Origin: Mobula hypostoma
Taxonomy: Eukaryota
Length of the DNA: 64,000 bases
Direction of reading: 5' to 3'
Assembly (NCBI RefSeq): GCF_963921235.1
Contig: NC_086097.1
Span: 119,910,001 to 119,974,000, forward strand
The number at the start of each line of letters is the position of its first letter. The stretch's first letter is position 1. The notes beneath the pieces were generated by a model that had not been told where the DNA came from, ran no database searches, and worked only from the letters and a program-made list of their open reading frames with translations. The translations under genes and the position numbers were made by a program. Positions 12,385 to 25,994 of this stretch are shown here, in pieces.

Positions 12385-14560
12385 AAATATGTTCCTGTTG
12401 TCTAAATGGTCCAGAGCAAAGTGCCAGAGAAATTGCATCTGTTGTTGCCCTGTGTGGTGGCAGACAAATTGAAGTGGATACTGGTCATTTCTGAGGCAGG
12501 AGGTGATTCGCACCATAAAAGACGTCTCATAGCACTTCATTACGATTGATGTAAGCACTACCAGTTGGCTGTCAATGAGGCAGTTCACCACACTGGTAAA
12601 ATAGATGCCTTTTTCAAGCATGTTGACACCTGAAGCCAGAGGTTGGATATGTCCATAATTGCTCTAGCCAGTTGTTCTGATCATTGGAACTCAGCCCATT
12701 ATGCTGTCTAGACCTGATGCCTTTTGTTGATTCACCCCCTCAAAGGATGCTTGGGCATCAGCTTCAGCAACTGATATGACAGAGTTAATGGCTTTGCGGC
12801 CAAGGTTGTCAATGATATGAAGATAGGCGGCAGGGCAGCTAGTGTTAAGGAAGCAGGGACACTGCAGTAGGACTTAGACAGATTAGGAGAATGGACAAAG
12901 AAGTGGCAGATGTGACATAGTGTTGGGAAGTGTATGGACACGCACTTTGGTAGAAGGAACAAAAGCATAGACTATTTTCTAAATGAGGAGAAAATTCAAA
13001 ACTCCGAGGTGCAAAGACACTTGGGAGCCCTCCTCCAGGATTCACTAAAGGTTAACTTGTAGGTTGAGTCAGTGGTGAGGAAAGCAAATGCAAGTTAGCA
13101 TTCACTTTGAGAGAATGAGAATATAAAGGAAAGGATGTAATGCTGAGGTTTTATACGGCACTGGCGAGGCCTCACTTGGAGTATTGTGAGCAGGTTTGTG
13201 CCCCTTACCTAAGAAAGGAGGGTTCAGAGTAGGTTCACGAGGATGATTCTTGGAATGAAAAGATTATCATATGGGGACCCTGTTGACGCAGGAATTTAGA
13301 AGAATGCGGAGGGATCTCATTGAAACCTATTGAATGCTGGAAGGCCTAGATGATGTAGAGAGGATGTTTCTTATAGTGGGGGAGTCTAGGACCAGAGGGA
13401 ACAGCCTCAGAATAGAGGGGTATCCATTTAGAATGGACATGAGGTGTAATTTTTTTAGCCAGTGGTTGGTGAATCTGCAGAATTTGCTGGAACAGGTGGC
13501 TGTGGAGACCAGATCATTGGGGTTACTTGATATATTCTTGATTAGCCAGGGTATGAACAGTTATGAGGCAAATGGGGTTGAAAGGGAAATGGATCAGCCA
13601 TGATGAAATGGCAGAGCAGACACAATGGGCTGAATGGCTAATTCTGCTCTTACGATCCTATATTGCATGATTATTTGGAGATGTAGGGTTCATGTGAGTC
13701 TGTTATAATTCTCATATGGGTCATTGTCATTAATGCTCCCTGATTTCACCTTGTATAATATTGGCACAGATATTCAGCATCCATCTGTGATTCCATTTTC
13801 ATCTGAAATTGGCTTTTTGTACTCACAACGGCCTTCCGGAGGTCATACCTATATTTTTCATATTCCTCTGGGTCATCAGCCCTAAGTGCCACAGATGTAA
13901 CTCTTAGCAGGTTACGAAACTCCTGGCTCATCCAGAGCTTTGACTGGGGAAGACGCAGAATGATTTTGTGGGTACATATTCATTCAAGCGTGCCTTATAA
14001 AGTCAGTGACAACTGTGGCATATTCATTTAGTTCTGCTAACCCTTGAACATGTTCCAATCCAATAGAGCAAGGCAGTCCCGAAATTGCTCATCCACTTCT
14101 GCCATCCTGCTCTTCAAAGTCCTCTTCAACGGTGTCATGCTATTCACTCTCTGCTTCTATGCAGGAAGAAGCACAGCCTGGTGATTACGTTTAGCAAGGT
14201 GTGGGTGTGGGATGGGCTGACAGTCATCCTTGATAAAACATAAAACATAGAACTCTACAGCACATTACAGGCTCTTTAGCCCACAGTGTTGTGCTGACCA
14301 TGTAATCTACTCCAGTAACAGCTCCATGTACCTATCTAAGAGTCTCTTAAAAGACACTATTGTATCCACCTCCACCACCGTCACTGGTAGTGTATTCCAT
14401 GCCTGACTTATGCCTGACATTCCGGCTGTATCTATTTGCACGCACCTTAAAACTCTGCCGCTTGTGTTAGCCATTTCAGCCCTGGCTATCCACACGATCA
14501 ATGCCTCTCATTATTGATGGTGGTATAGCAGTGGCCAAGTGTGTTAAAGACCTCCAGGGT
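12385..14560 (-). mobile_element. Decayed Rex1/Babar-type LINE interrupted by two CR1 pieces
   Basis: LTSIVMKCYE, PLQF, YDLRKAV motifs; CR1 inserts at 12775-13660 and ~14235-14510. Confidence 0.7.
12775..13660 (+). mobile_element. CR1 ORF2 3' fragment
   Basis: ESRTRGNSLRI...FFSQWLVNL and CR1 3' UTR. Confidence 0.85.
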
Positions 14561-15469
14561 TGCAAAATAAATGTTTATGTTCTTTCATTCCCAGTTCCTT
14601 GGATATTTATTTCATATTTGTTGTGAGAACTATGAGATTAACAATCTTATGAACTAATTTTAGCTGCCTCTTGAAATTTCTGATATATGCATGCCTGAAC
14701 TATCTATTATATACATATTCTAACAATACTAGGAATGTCAAATGTAATTTTGCCTTCCTCAAACTGTGTCAGCTCTGGCTAGTCTTTTGACATTTTGTAC
14801 CCTATTAACGCCTTTAATCATAAACTGAACATTTGTCAACAACAGATATCAGACTAATTGATTTACAGTTCCCTTTCCTTTTCATCCCTTATTTCTTAAA
14901 ATACAGTCTAAGATCTCCTACCCTTTTAATTTTCAGGTTTCTACTTTATAAATTGGAGAGTTTTATAAGATTATCATGAATGCATTTGCTAATCCTCTAT
15001 CCACCTGTTTCAGAACATTGGGATTTGGTTAGCAGATCCATACAATTTGGATTTAGATCTTTAATTTCTTTAGAATTTTTATATGGTCTTAATTAACGTG
15101 TATTTCTCATTGATGAAAAGAACTTTGACTCCATTCCATTCCATTGCTGTTACTGTTATCCTATCCCCCACTCAGAGGAAGATGCTTGAGAATTGTTCAA
15201 TGGTTCTGCCATTTTTAATTTTGCATATTCATTTTATCCCTGACGTTGTCTCTTTTGGATCTATAATAACTTTAGATGCTGGCTTCATTAGTGCATAGTT
15301 ATAAATTGGAAAACTGGTTTAATATCTTCCAATTGTACTGAGATACAGTGATAAACTTTCATATGGGTCATGCAGATTAAATCATTACAACAGTCCATTG
15401 AGGTAGTACGAGGGAAAACAATAACAGAGTGCAGAATAAAGTGTTACAGAGAATGTGCAATACAGGTAC

Positions 15470-16093
15470 GCAATAATTGACAATAAACTGGGCTGGTCAA
15501 AGAACACTGAGGCTGTCTACAAGAAGGGTCAGTGCCGTCTCTATTTCCTGAGGAGACTGAGGTCCTTTAACATCTGCCGGACGATGCTGAGGATGTTCTA
15601 CGAGTCTGTGGTGGCCAGTGCGATCATGTTTGTTGTTATGTGCTGGGGCAGCAGGCTGAGGGTAGCAGACACCAACAGAACCAACAAACTCATTCGTAAG
15701 GCCAGTGATGTTGTGGGGATGGAACTGGACTCTCTGACGGTGGTGTCTGAAAAGAGGATGCTGTCCAAGTTGCATGCCATCTTGGTCAATGTCTCCCATC
15801 CACTACATAATGTACTGGTTGGGCACAGGAGTACATTCAGCCAGAGACTCATTCCACCGAGATGCAACACAGAGCATCATAGGAAGTCATTCCTGCCTGT
15901 GGCCATCAGACTTTACAACTCCTCCCTTGGAGGGTCAGACACCCTGAGCCAATAGGCAGGTCCTGGACTTATTTCCTGGCATAATTTACATATTACTATT
16001 TAATTATTTATGGTTTATTACTATGTAATTATTTATGGCGCAACTGTAACAAAAACCAATTTCCCCCGGATCAATAAAGTATGACTATGACTA
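15470..16093 (+). mobile_element. Young 5'-truncated Rex1/Babar LINE
   Basis: Uninterrupted ORF to 15955 (KKGQCRLYFLRRLRSFN...SHPLH...SFLPVAIRLYN), AATAAA and (TATGAC)n tail; sits inside an older minus-strand LINE tail. Confidence 0.9.
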
Positions 16094-16707
16094 TAAGCAG
16101 GAAGGTCACAACGAGGAAGATTATAAAATCAGGAGGCCATCTTATTGTACTAGAGAACCATTCAATACTCTTCTTATTATGGGATAGATGCTGTCTTTAA
16201 ACCTCCTAGTACATGTTTTAGACTGTTGAATCTTCTGCCACGTGAGAGGAGGGAGAAGGGAAAAAAACGAAGTGGGTAGGGTCTTTGATTATGCTCTCTG
16301 CTTTACTGAGGCAGTGTAGTGTAGACGGAGTTCATGGACAGATGAATTTATGGTCACTCTGCATATTTCTTGATAATGTGTTTGCATAATCCATCATCTC
16401 CCCCTTTATTATTTGTGGCTGCTTTATAAAACTCTAACAATCTTAAGGCTTACTATTTGGCAACAGCATAAGGTTCTTTTAATGTAAAGCTACCTGAACC
16501 TTTTCAATAATGCATGCATAATCACGCGTCCTATGAAGGTTCCATTTCTCAAAGAAATCTGCATTGACTGAGAATTTTCATTTTTTCTTTAAAAGGTTAC
16601 TGTTGTTTATCTCCTGGTAAACCATCTGAAGCAGTTACTCATTCTACCTCATCAACTTCCAACGCAAACACTCACTCCCAAGCCCAAATCACCTTCCCCG
16701 GCTCCAA

Positions 16708-17272
16708 ACAGAGGCCACTTTATTAAGTACCCCCTATACCTAATAAAATGGCTTGTGAGTGTATATTCATTGTCATCTGCTAGTGCAGCCCATAGACTTC
16801 AAGGTTTGATGTGATGTGCATTCAGAGGTGCTCTTCTACTCACCACCGTTGTAATGCATGGTTATTGAGTTACTGTGACCCTCCTATGAGCTTGAACCAC
16901 TCTGGCCATTGTCCTCTGATTTCTCTCTCATTAGCAAAGGCTTGTTTACCCACAGAACAGCTGATCACTGGAGGTTTTGTGTTTTTCACACCATTCTCTC
17001 TAAACTGTAGAGACAATTGTACATGTAAATTCCAGGAGGTCAGCTGTTTCTGAGTTAATCAGACCACCCTGTCTGGCACCAACAGTCAATCTGTCGTCAA
17101 ACTCACTTAGATCGCATTTCTTCCCCATTCTGATGTTTGGTCTGAACAACTATACCTCCTGATCATGGCAGCATGCTTTTACGGATTGAGTTGCAGCCAC
17201 ATAATTGGCTAATTAGATATTTGCTTTAACGAGCAGATGTACAGGTGTATCTAATAAAGTGGCCTTTGATTG
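16708..17272. mobile_element. Tc1/mariner-type non-autonomous element
   Basis: TIR-like GGCCACTTTATTA ... TAATAAAGTGGCC; homologous to 48214-48709 and 57711-58235. Confidence 0.75.
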
Positions 17273-18829
17273 TATATCTAGTGCTCGGAGATGCAATAGT
17301 ATTGAGAAGTCTAGTAGAACCTCTCCATGAATCTCACAGGAAGCTAACAGCTTTCCAGTTGAATGAACTGGTAGTTAAAGTATTCCCAAATCTTGTGACC
17401 TTTTCCTGCACTACAAGAAAGCTGAGTTTAAAGTTGACTCTTAATCTTTACATTAAATGAAAATGTCAGTTTACAGAGAGCACCAAATTGTATATTTGAT
17501 TCTGTCCCTTGCAAAATATCAATAACTAATTTTGTTAAAGTTTTTTGATGAAACAAAAACTTTACACCATCTCAAAAGTTTCTTCCTCCAGGCAGTTGAT
17601 CTGATCAAACATTCTAGTGAAACCTCCCCCACCCTTTCTATCTATTACCTTAGTCACAGCTTTGTGTTGTAAACCCTTTAAACCACTTTTTATAATGCTG
17701 TTTGCATCGTAAATATGTAATATTTTGTATTTATGCACAGTTTATTCCATATCCATACTTTAAACTCTAAGTTTACTTCTTATATAATTGTTTATACTTA
17801 TAATTGCTTAATGTTGCTGCTTTTGTTACATGTCATGCCAACACAGTACTGCAAATTCCTAATACATGTAAATGTATATGGCAAATGAAGTTGACCCTGA
17901 TCCTTGTGTCTTCAATACAATAATGAGAAGCATAGTATGTACATATGGTATGTACATAGCCAATTACCCAGCATATCCAATCTAATCTAATAATATCCTT
18001 CAAACCTATTCTCAGTTATACCAGAGTTTCCCAATCTGGCTGCACCAGAGGAAGGGCAATAATTATAAATGTGTTAAAGTTAATTAGCAAGTTCACAAAG
18101 AAAGTAAAAATAAATGAACATATTCACATTGCACAATCTGCTCGAGCTCCAGAATTGCTTGTAACCAATGGAAACACCCAGGTCATCCCATGATGTCATC
18201 AGATATTTATGAAGAGCATGCATTTTAGCAACACCAGCAGAGTTTTCTCTCAGAGGTTTGGAACTGCTGATCTACATGCTGTCCATGTTCTGGAAAGAGG
18301 AAATGAGCACAGTGCTGCATTAGGGAGGGATCAGTGCGTGAGTTAATTTAAATACAAGGTTATCATAGACTTTGAACCAGATCCAGAGAACATCAACAGA
18401 GGTGGGATATTAGCGAGTTGAAATTTCTAAGAAGATGGATGTGTGCACCTAATGTGTAGAGATGCTGAAAAATATTAAGAATAGAGATTTAATCTAAAGT
18501 GCTCTGGGAACAAAAGTCTGAAACTGACAACACTAGGGATGCAAGTTTTTGGCAATAAATCGAGTGAGAAAAGGGCTGAAGTGAAACTCAGTAGTCTTTC
18601 CAGTGGAATTGGAAGGGTTTGACTGTTGACCTTATGGTCTAGTATGGTGTTGAGGAAAGAACAGTACAATTCAGACAGGAACAATGATCACAGCAAGAGA
18701 GTGAATCATATTTGAAAATGAAAATGCCAACACTGATCTTATAAATGCTTAACCAAAGAAAATTGCAACTTCTTTGTGTTTCTAACATGACAACAGCAAC
18801 TGTACTTTAAAAATGCTCGCAATATAAGA

Positions 18830-19232
18830 GGCAGAGGCGAAGATAATTTTCTGGTAAGTTTCTTTCATTCCTTATCTAACAGCTAGACTACTAAGAATGG
18901 ATCCGGGGGTCAGGGGTGTGTTTTTCATGTCAGATGCGGCTGTTCTGGGAGACTTTCAGTCTCCCTGATAGCTATATCTGCATGAAGTGCATCCAGCTGA
19001 AGCTCATTACAGACCCTGTTAGGGAAATAGAGCTGTTACTGAAGAGCTTTTGGCTCACACAGGAGAATAAGGAGGTGATAGATAGGAGATGTAGTGAAGT
19101 AGGCACCTTTAAGTTGCAGAAGGCAGGTTGCTGAGTGACTATCAAGAGAGGGAAGGGAACAGGCAGCCAGAGTAGGACCCCTGCGGCCTTACCCCTCAAT
19201 AATAAGTGTACTGCTTTGGATACTGTTCGGGT
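18830..19232 (+). mobile_element. CR1 5'/ORF1 fragment
   Basis: CFSCQM...YICMKCIQL zinc-finger-like start, homologous to 11900-12190 (-). Confidence 0.7.
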
Positions 19233-20074
19233 GAGCAATTGCTGTGCCTTTGGCAATGGTCTTTCAAAGATTCATATTCCATTTATTATCAAAGAATGTA
19301 TAAATTATACATCTTTGTGATTTATTTATTTACTGGCAACCGCAAAGCAAGAAATGCAAAAGAACCCAATTAAAAAATAAAAGTCAATCCCCCAATGCGC
19401 ACACAGAAAGAGGAAAAAAAACACAAATCATTCAAACAATTGAAGGGAGTGACAAGAACAGCATTCTGAACCAAACTGAGTCCTTAGATCCAAATCCCCA
19501 GTGCAGTTCCGAGTGGGCTCAAAACTTCAGCATTCAGTTCATCATATTAGTGGGGCAAATCACAGCAAAGTTTGCAGACATGAAGCACAGCAGCTAATGT
19601 CAGTCCCACAGCCTTAGTGCCACAGAGAGAGGAGCCCCCAGCCTATTGAGACAGGCATTTAATTTGTACAAACAGCAGATTATGCTTCGCATTAGAAGCT
19701 GGGCTTCGCCACAGTGCATTGCTCCAGGCCTAGAACATGCTGGCCAGCTATTTGCTTCAGATCTAGATTTAGCTGCCGAAGAAGCTGTTCTCAACCTCTC
19801 CAAATTGACTTGGCACCTAGAGTGATCCACCCTCGCACCTGGGTTAGTTAGCTCAGCTCCAATAGCAAGGGTGTTGATTTTGGTTGCACTGGCAGGGCAC
19901 ATCTCTTGAATTTGCTTTGTTTTTACTCGCCTCTTCATTGTTTGCAGTGGTAGTTTACCACAATGTACGTCAAAAAAGTGTTAATAGTAATGCTTCTAAT
20001 CAAATTCCTTTGCTTTCAAACTACCAGTAAGCTGTTACATGCCTTCAGTAGCACCATCTTAAACCAGAAGACTC

Positions 20075-21090
20075 CCTTTGGTGCCTCAGTGCCTAAAAAA
20101 AGTAGGACCAGATGATTGGAGGATGGCAAATGTTTTTCCTTTGTTCAAGAAAGGAAGTAGGATTAATGCATGGAATTATAGAACAGTGGGTTTTCTTCAG
20201 TGGAGGACAAATTATTGCAGAGGTTTCATAGAATTTATGAGCTTTTGGAGCATTAGCGCAGTCTGATTCAATATATTCAGCATGGCTTTATGATGTGCAG
20301 GCCATGCTGCACAAGACCGATTGAATTCTTAGAGGATGTGACTAAGCACATTAATGAAGGTAGAGCAGTGGATGTGGTATCTATGGATATTAGTAAAGTG
20401 TTTGATAAAGCTCCCCATGATAGGCTCGTTCAGAAGATTAAGATGCATGGGATCCAGGGAATTTTGGCTGTGTGGATTCAAATTGGCCATAGAAGGTAGA
20501 GTGTGGTTGTAAATGGAATAGGACACATCTGGTGTATTGCATACGATTCTGGTTGCCCCACGACAGGAAGGATATTGAGGCTTTGGAGAGAGCGCAGAAG
20601 AGGTTTACCAGGATGCTGCCTGCTTTGGAGGGGATGTACTATCACAAGAGACAGGACAAACTTGTGTTGTTTTCTTTAGAACAGCAGAAACTGAGGGGAG
20701 ATCTGATAGAGGTTTATAAGATTATGAGGGGCATAGATAGAATAGACAGGGAATATCTTTTTCCCAAGGTAGAAAGGTCTACGGAGGGCATGCACTGAAG
20801 GTGAGAAGGGAGTCAGTTCAAAGGGGATGTGAAGGGTAAACTTTTAACTCAGAGAGTGGCGGATGCCTGGAATATGTTGTCTGGAAAGGTGGTAGAGGCA
20901 AATACATTAGAAGTTTTTAAGAGGTGTTTAGTTTGGCATATGAATACAAGGAAAACAGAGGGATATTGACATTCTGTAGGTAGGAGGGATTCATTTTCTG
21001 GTCTTTAAAAATTTACTTTTTAGCTGGTTCAGCACAACATCGTGGGCTGAAGGGCCTGTTTCTGTGCTGTACTCTTCTATGTTCTATGTC
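20075..21090 (+). mobile_element. CR1 ORF2 fragment with internal deletion and 3' end
   Basis: DWRMANVFPLFKKG, SKVFDKAPH, LERAQKRFTRMLP, LRGDLIEVYKI; (TTCTATG)n tail. Confidence 0.9.
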
Positions 21091-22134
21091 CTGCCTGGAG
21101 ACCTGTGACCAGTGGTGCTCTGCAAGGATCTAATCTGAGACCCGTCAGAGTTAGGTAATTGTTTACACTGAAAGTGGTGTTTGTATGGAACGCCTTGCCT
21201 GGGGTAATGGTAGAGGCAGATACAAGACCTCTTAGATAGGTACATAGATGATTTAAAAAATGGAGAGCTATGCAGGAGGTGTTAGTTAGATTGATTTTAA
21301 AGTTGGTTAGACTTCGTCCCAACACCATAGACTAAAGAACTTGGTAGTGTGCTGTAGTGTTCAAAGTTCTGCATTTGTTCTACGTACCATGATTCTTGGG
21401 AACATACTAAAGTTATGCAATGTGATACGCTTTTCAGAACTTCCTTTCTTTTTCTCTTTCCTTCCAGCAGACTTGACCTTCTGTCTCTGCCCTTTATCTT
21501 TCATTCCCAATGCTCCTCTCCCCTTAGGTTACATACTCTGCAACTAAAAACCACAATAAAGCTGACAAGTGAAAACTGCCCATCTCAACATCTGCTTCTT
21601 TAAAGGAACATCGAGATATTTTCTGATTATACCTCGGAGAAGCAGATTGCAATGTTTACTTATTTTGGGCACTTACCAATGCAAGCTGTCCTTTTAACAA
21701 ATCTGATGTACATACCAGAATAAATGCATTTACATCTAGCCAATAAAAAAACTCAGTTAACAATATTATTTCATGAAATGATGTGGGATAGCAATTAAAA
21801 GCAGGACATGGAATTGGAATTAAATCATAGCTAATCACCATTAATTTAATGATATAGATTCAACATCCAAGGTACACTACTACTATTGAGGAATAATTAG
21901 CTATGCATCACATTCACACCAGATGGTAGGTGAAGCTTTTAACCGGCAGATCCATCTGAATTGGATGCAATTGTCACTAGTATATTTCTTCACTTTATTA
22001 TGTTTTAGTTGCATTGGACATGAATGTAGCAATATAAAATATAGAACATTGTTGTAAATCATCACTCTCAATGGTATTAATAACGCTTGAGCAATTTACT
22101 GTACCTTGGTGAAAATTAACTTATGTAAAACAAC

Positions 22135-23195
22135 AGATTGCCTGACCTGCTGAGTTCCTCCAGCATTTTGTGTATGTTGCTTTGGATTTCCAGCATCTTG
22201 TTTTTACGTAAAGAAAACTGGCCTGTAAACAGGTGTGCCTTGCAGATCAATTATTTTAGATTTGCCTGCTCAATCTCCTCTACAGGTCAGTGATAAAATA
22301 ACTTATTAAAAAAACTTGCAGAAATCATAATACCTGAAAGACTGTTTACCAGGCTCCCTGTGCAAAACCACAATTATTCAGAAATGTTTGTTGTTGTTTG
22401 GAAATATTAGGAATTGTGAAACATTTTCCAACAATGTTTCCTGTGACATTTACAAAGGTAAATATTAAATAATAATATTAAATTCCTTCATCTATAACAA
22501 CTACAACCTTATCCTTAAGTACCTACTCTTTAATCCTTTCCATTGATGCTGTCTGACCTGCTGAGTTTCTCCAGGATTTTGCCTGTGTTACTCTAGATTT
22601 CTGGCATCTGCAGAATCTCTTTCGTTTAAAGTCATCTTTATTTTGTTCTATACAGATTACTGTGAATGAATAATAAAACATTTTCACAGTGCTGGCAGCA
22701 CAAGATTCTGTCATTCTGACTACAGAATATTGGAACTTCTTGCTCAGAAATTGCTTTTCTCTTATTTCTGGATGTGCTGAACTCTTACTGTATTCAGAGA
22801 TAATGTCAGTTCAATTCACCAATGAAAACAGGCAATTGGCCAGGAGGATATTTGAACCAGTGTTAGCATGATTCTGAGCCAGAAATGTATTAAAATTGGA
22901 CTTTTATGATTCCTGTACCATCACCTTGCATTTCTAAATATGCAGAGACTATTCCATTGTGTTTATAAATTGCATTGATTTATGCCAGAAAGGGCAGAAA
23001 TGAGCATTGTGTGAAAGGTGATGTTCCTTAGCAATGCAGGTCATCATAATTAAGCAATAAATGCTGACAAAGTGTCTTGGCCTGAAATGTCAACTCCTTA
23101 TTCCTTTCCACAGATACTGTCTGACTTTCTGAATTCCTCCAGCATATTGTGTGTTGCTCTAGATTTCCAGAATCAGCAAAATCTCTCGTGTTAAT
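22135..23195 (+). mobile_element. Three old Penelope-like 3'-end remnants (22135-22205, 22525-22626, 23063-23195)
   Basis: 'gacctgctgagttcctccagcattttgtgt...ttccagcatctgcag', related to the PLE tail at 54080-54137. Confidence 0.65.
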
Positions 23196-24994
23196 AGTTG
23201 CCGGAAAATAGTTGGAGGAAAAATGGGGAAACCTGATTCTGATTCTAATAACTCAACTTTAAAAGTGTAAATGTGATAAAAATTAATCAATCTAAAATTA
23301 ATTAATTTACACTGTTTTGAAACTTTTAAAACTTAAACAAAATGAGAACTAATATCATTACAAATCTAATAAAATAAAACATCCTCATTAGAAATATAGT
23401 ATTTCAGATTATATCCTAACAGTTCTTAAAATGCCAATTCAAAGTTCATAGTTGCCAATTTTTATTATGTGGGAGATCACATGCAGAGTTAAATATCCTT
23501 GCATAACTCAAATATAAAACAGGGCTACACAGGACCATTGTGGAATTCAGATCCTTGTTATTAATTCATATTCATATTCATTAGTTAATAATGCAAGGCA
23601 AGCAAAATGACAAGTACTGGGAGACAAAGAGTATATGATCTTGTAAAAAGACCTAGTCAATTAGAACATGTTGATATCTGTTCCTCAGACATTATGGGTT
23701 TCCTCTTTCTTCCTTTTGATGCAGAAGGAGGATATTCACAACATCAAAAAGGTTGAGAAGAAATCTGGCTGTAGTTTGGTTTGATCTGGCAAATGCGTAT
23801 GGTTCTGTTCCCCATGTCCTGACTGAGTTTGCGATGGAATTCCTATGGATTCCTGTTAAGGTGAGGAACTTTGTTATGCAGTACTACAATGGTTCCCGAT
23901 GAGGTTTTCCGCTCAGCAGTTTATAACTGGGTGGCAGAGCTTGGATGTTGGAATCCCAATGGGATGTGCAATTTCACCCATCCTTTTTGTGTTAGCCATG
24001 GAGGTCATTGTGACGGTTGCAGAATCAGTGGGACCAGGTGTCGCACTTGATGGCGGAGGGGAGTTACCACCAATAAGAGCGTTCATGGATGATCTTACCC
24101 TTTTGGGTCCCAGCACAGAGGCAGTGGAAAATGAATCTGGACTCAAGGAGCTAATGGATTGGAGAAGAATGAAGTTCAAGACCAGGAAGTCAAGGAGCCT
24201 TGTTCTTAGGAGAGGAAAGCTGGTTGACTTTCATTTCACCCTTTGTTGAGAGGAGATTCCATCCATTCAGGACCAACCAGTTAAGAGCCTCGGATGACGG
24301 TACACAGAGGAGCTGAGAGACACCAAGAGGGTTCAAGAGACAGGGGAACAGATCAGCAGAGGTCTGATGTCTGTTGACAAGTGTGGCTTGTCTGGCAAGT
24401 TGATGTTGTGGTGCTTGCAGTATGGACTGATGCCATGGATAGTGTGGCCACTAACTGTCTATGAAGTGGCAATGTCCCATGTTGAGGCAATGGAACAGAA
24501 GATCAACAAGTATGTGAAGAAGTGGCTTGGAGTACCGAGCAGCCTCACCAATGTTGCAATCCACAGTAGCCAGACGAAGCTTACCATCCCAGTGCAATCC
24601 CTTGTTGAAGAGGTCAAGGTAGCCAAGGTAGGATCATTCTTGATGCTTCGAGACTCAAAAGACCCTGTCATCAAGAACACCCAGCCAGATGTGAGATTAG
24701 GCAGTAAGTGGTCAATCCATGCAGCAGTTGATGAGGCAGAGTCTCATTGAAGCACAAGGAGACGGTTGGGGCTATCCTGCTAGGCTGCCAGGGACTTGGA
24801 TGGACAACCCACAGTGGTGGTCATCTTCTACAGGTAAGGAGCACTGTGAGCTTGTAACATAAGAAATACGAGAGGTAGAAGAGAAGAAGAGACCAGCTAA
24901 AACAGCTAAAACAGCTGGCCTGGCCAAACAAGGGGCTTGGACCTGGTGGGAAAGTGCTGAACAACGACATCTATCTTGGAATGATCTGTAGCAC

Positions 24995-25753
24995 ATGGAA
25001 TTGCTCCACATTTCTTTTTTATGCAGAGCAGCGTACGATCTGCTCCCAACACCTGCCAACCTCAGCACCTGGTATGAAGGTAAGACAGACAGGTGTGCTG
25101 CTTGTGGTGAGAAAGGAACACTTCAACATATTTCGAGTGCCTGCAGAGTCAATCTTTCCAGCAGCATGTACACTTGGAGACATAATAATGTTCTCAAAGT
25201 TGTAACAGAAGCGGTTGAGCAGAGAGTACTGCAGCACAACTTATCTCATGCCCCATGCTGCACAGAACGTCACATATCATTTGTGAAAGAAGGCTCCAAG
25301 TCGAGGGTGCACAGCACAGGCTCACGATCAAGCATACTTTCTTCAGCCAATGATTGGTGTGTCAAGGCCGACCTGGATAGGAAAGGCCGTTTCCCGGAGC
25401 AAATAGCTTTCACCACATTGCATCCAGATATAATCGTATGGTCTGGCACCAGTAGAGAAGTGGTTATTGGTGAACTCACAGTCACCTGGGAAGACAACAT
25501 CGATGAAGCCCATGAGCGCAAGTTAACCAAGTATGCAGAATTAAGATCAGAGTGCAGAGACAGAGGGTGGAAATTCTCATGCTATCCATTCGAAATAGGC
25601 TGCCGTGGGTTTATTGCGTTCACTCTCCAGAAGTGGCTGCGTGACCTTGGCTTCACTAGAAGAGAGATCAAGTCTACCAGCAGGGCTGTAGCTGAGGCAG
25701 CAGAGAAAGGATCAGCATGGGTGTGGACCAAGTATGTCCAGAGGGGCAGATAG
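24995..25753 (+). pseudogene. Zinc-knuckle and PD-(D/E)xK-type RLE domain of the Hero element
   Basis: Open 252-codon frame with CCHC, RHN, PD, E and K..KY motifs. Confidence 0.85.
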
Positions 25754-25875
25754 TCAAACAGTGTATACATATCTTTCAAACCCTTCAGTAGTTGCATAGA
25801 CACCTGAAGAGCAGACTATCTGTTGGATGGAAGTGACCAACAACTCTGATAGAGGCAGATGCCAAGTTTTTAAGC

Positions 25876-25994
25876 TCACCAGTGGGAGGTGGTGCTTTAG
25901 CACTGCTGGCCCACCACCTCGAGGGAGTCTTGATCATAAGCAGGCCGAAACTCCTGAAGACAGGTGGCAGATCAACTGATGATCCCACTGGTGA
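25876..25994 (+). ncRNA. Structured 3'-UTR RNA with hammerhead core motifs in permuted, pseudoknotted order (candidate ribozyme)
   Basis: Six complementary segment pairs plus GUC 25927-25929, GAAA 25947-25950 and CUGAUGA 25976-25982; activity untested. Confidence 0.55.

Noticed and set aside
23698..23730. Polypyrimidine tract + CAG just before the Hero fragment as evidence of exonisation
   Set aside because: Downstream frames contain stops and frameshifts, and such motifs are common by chance
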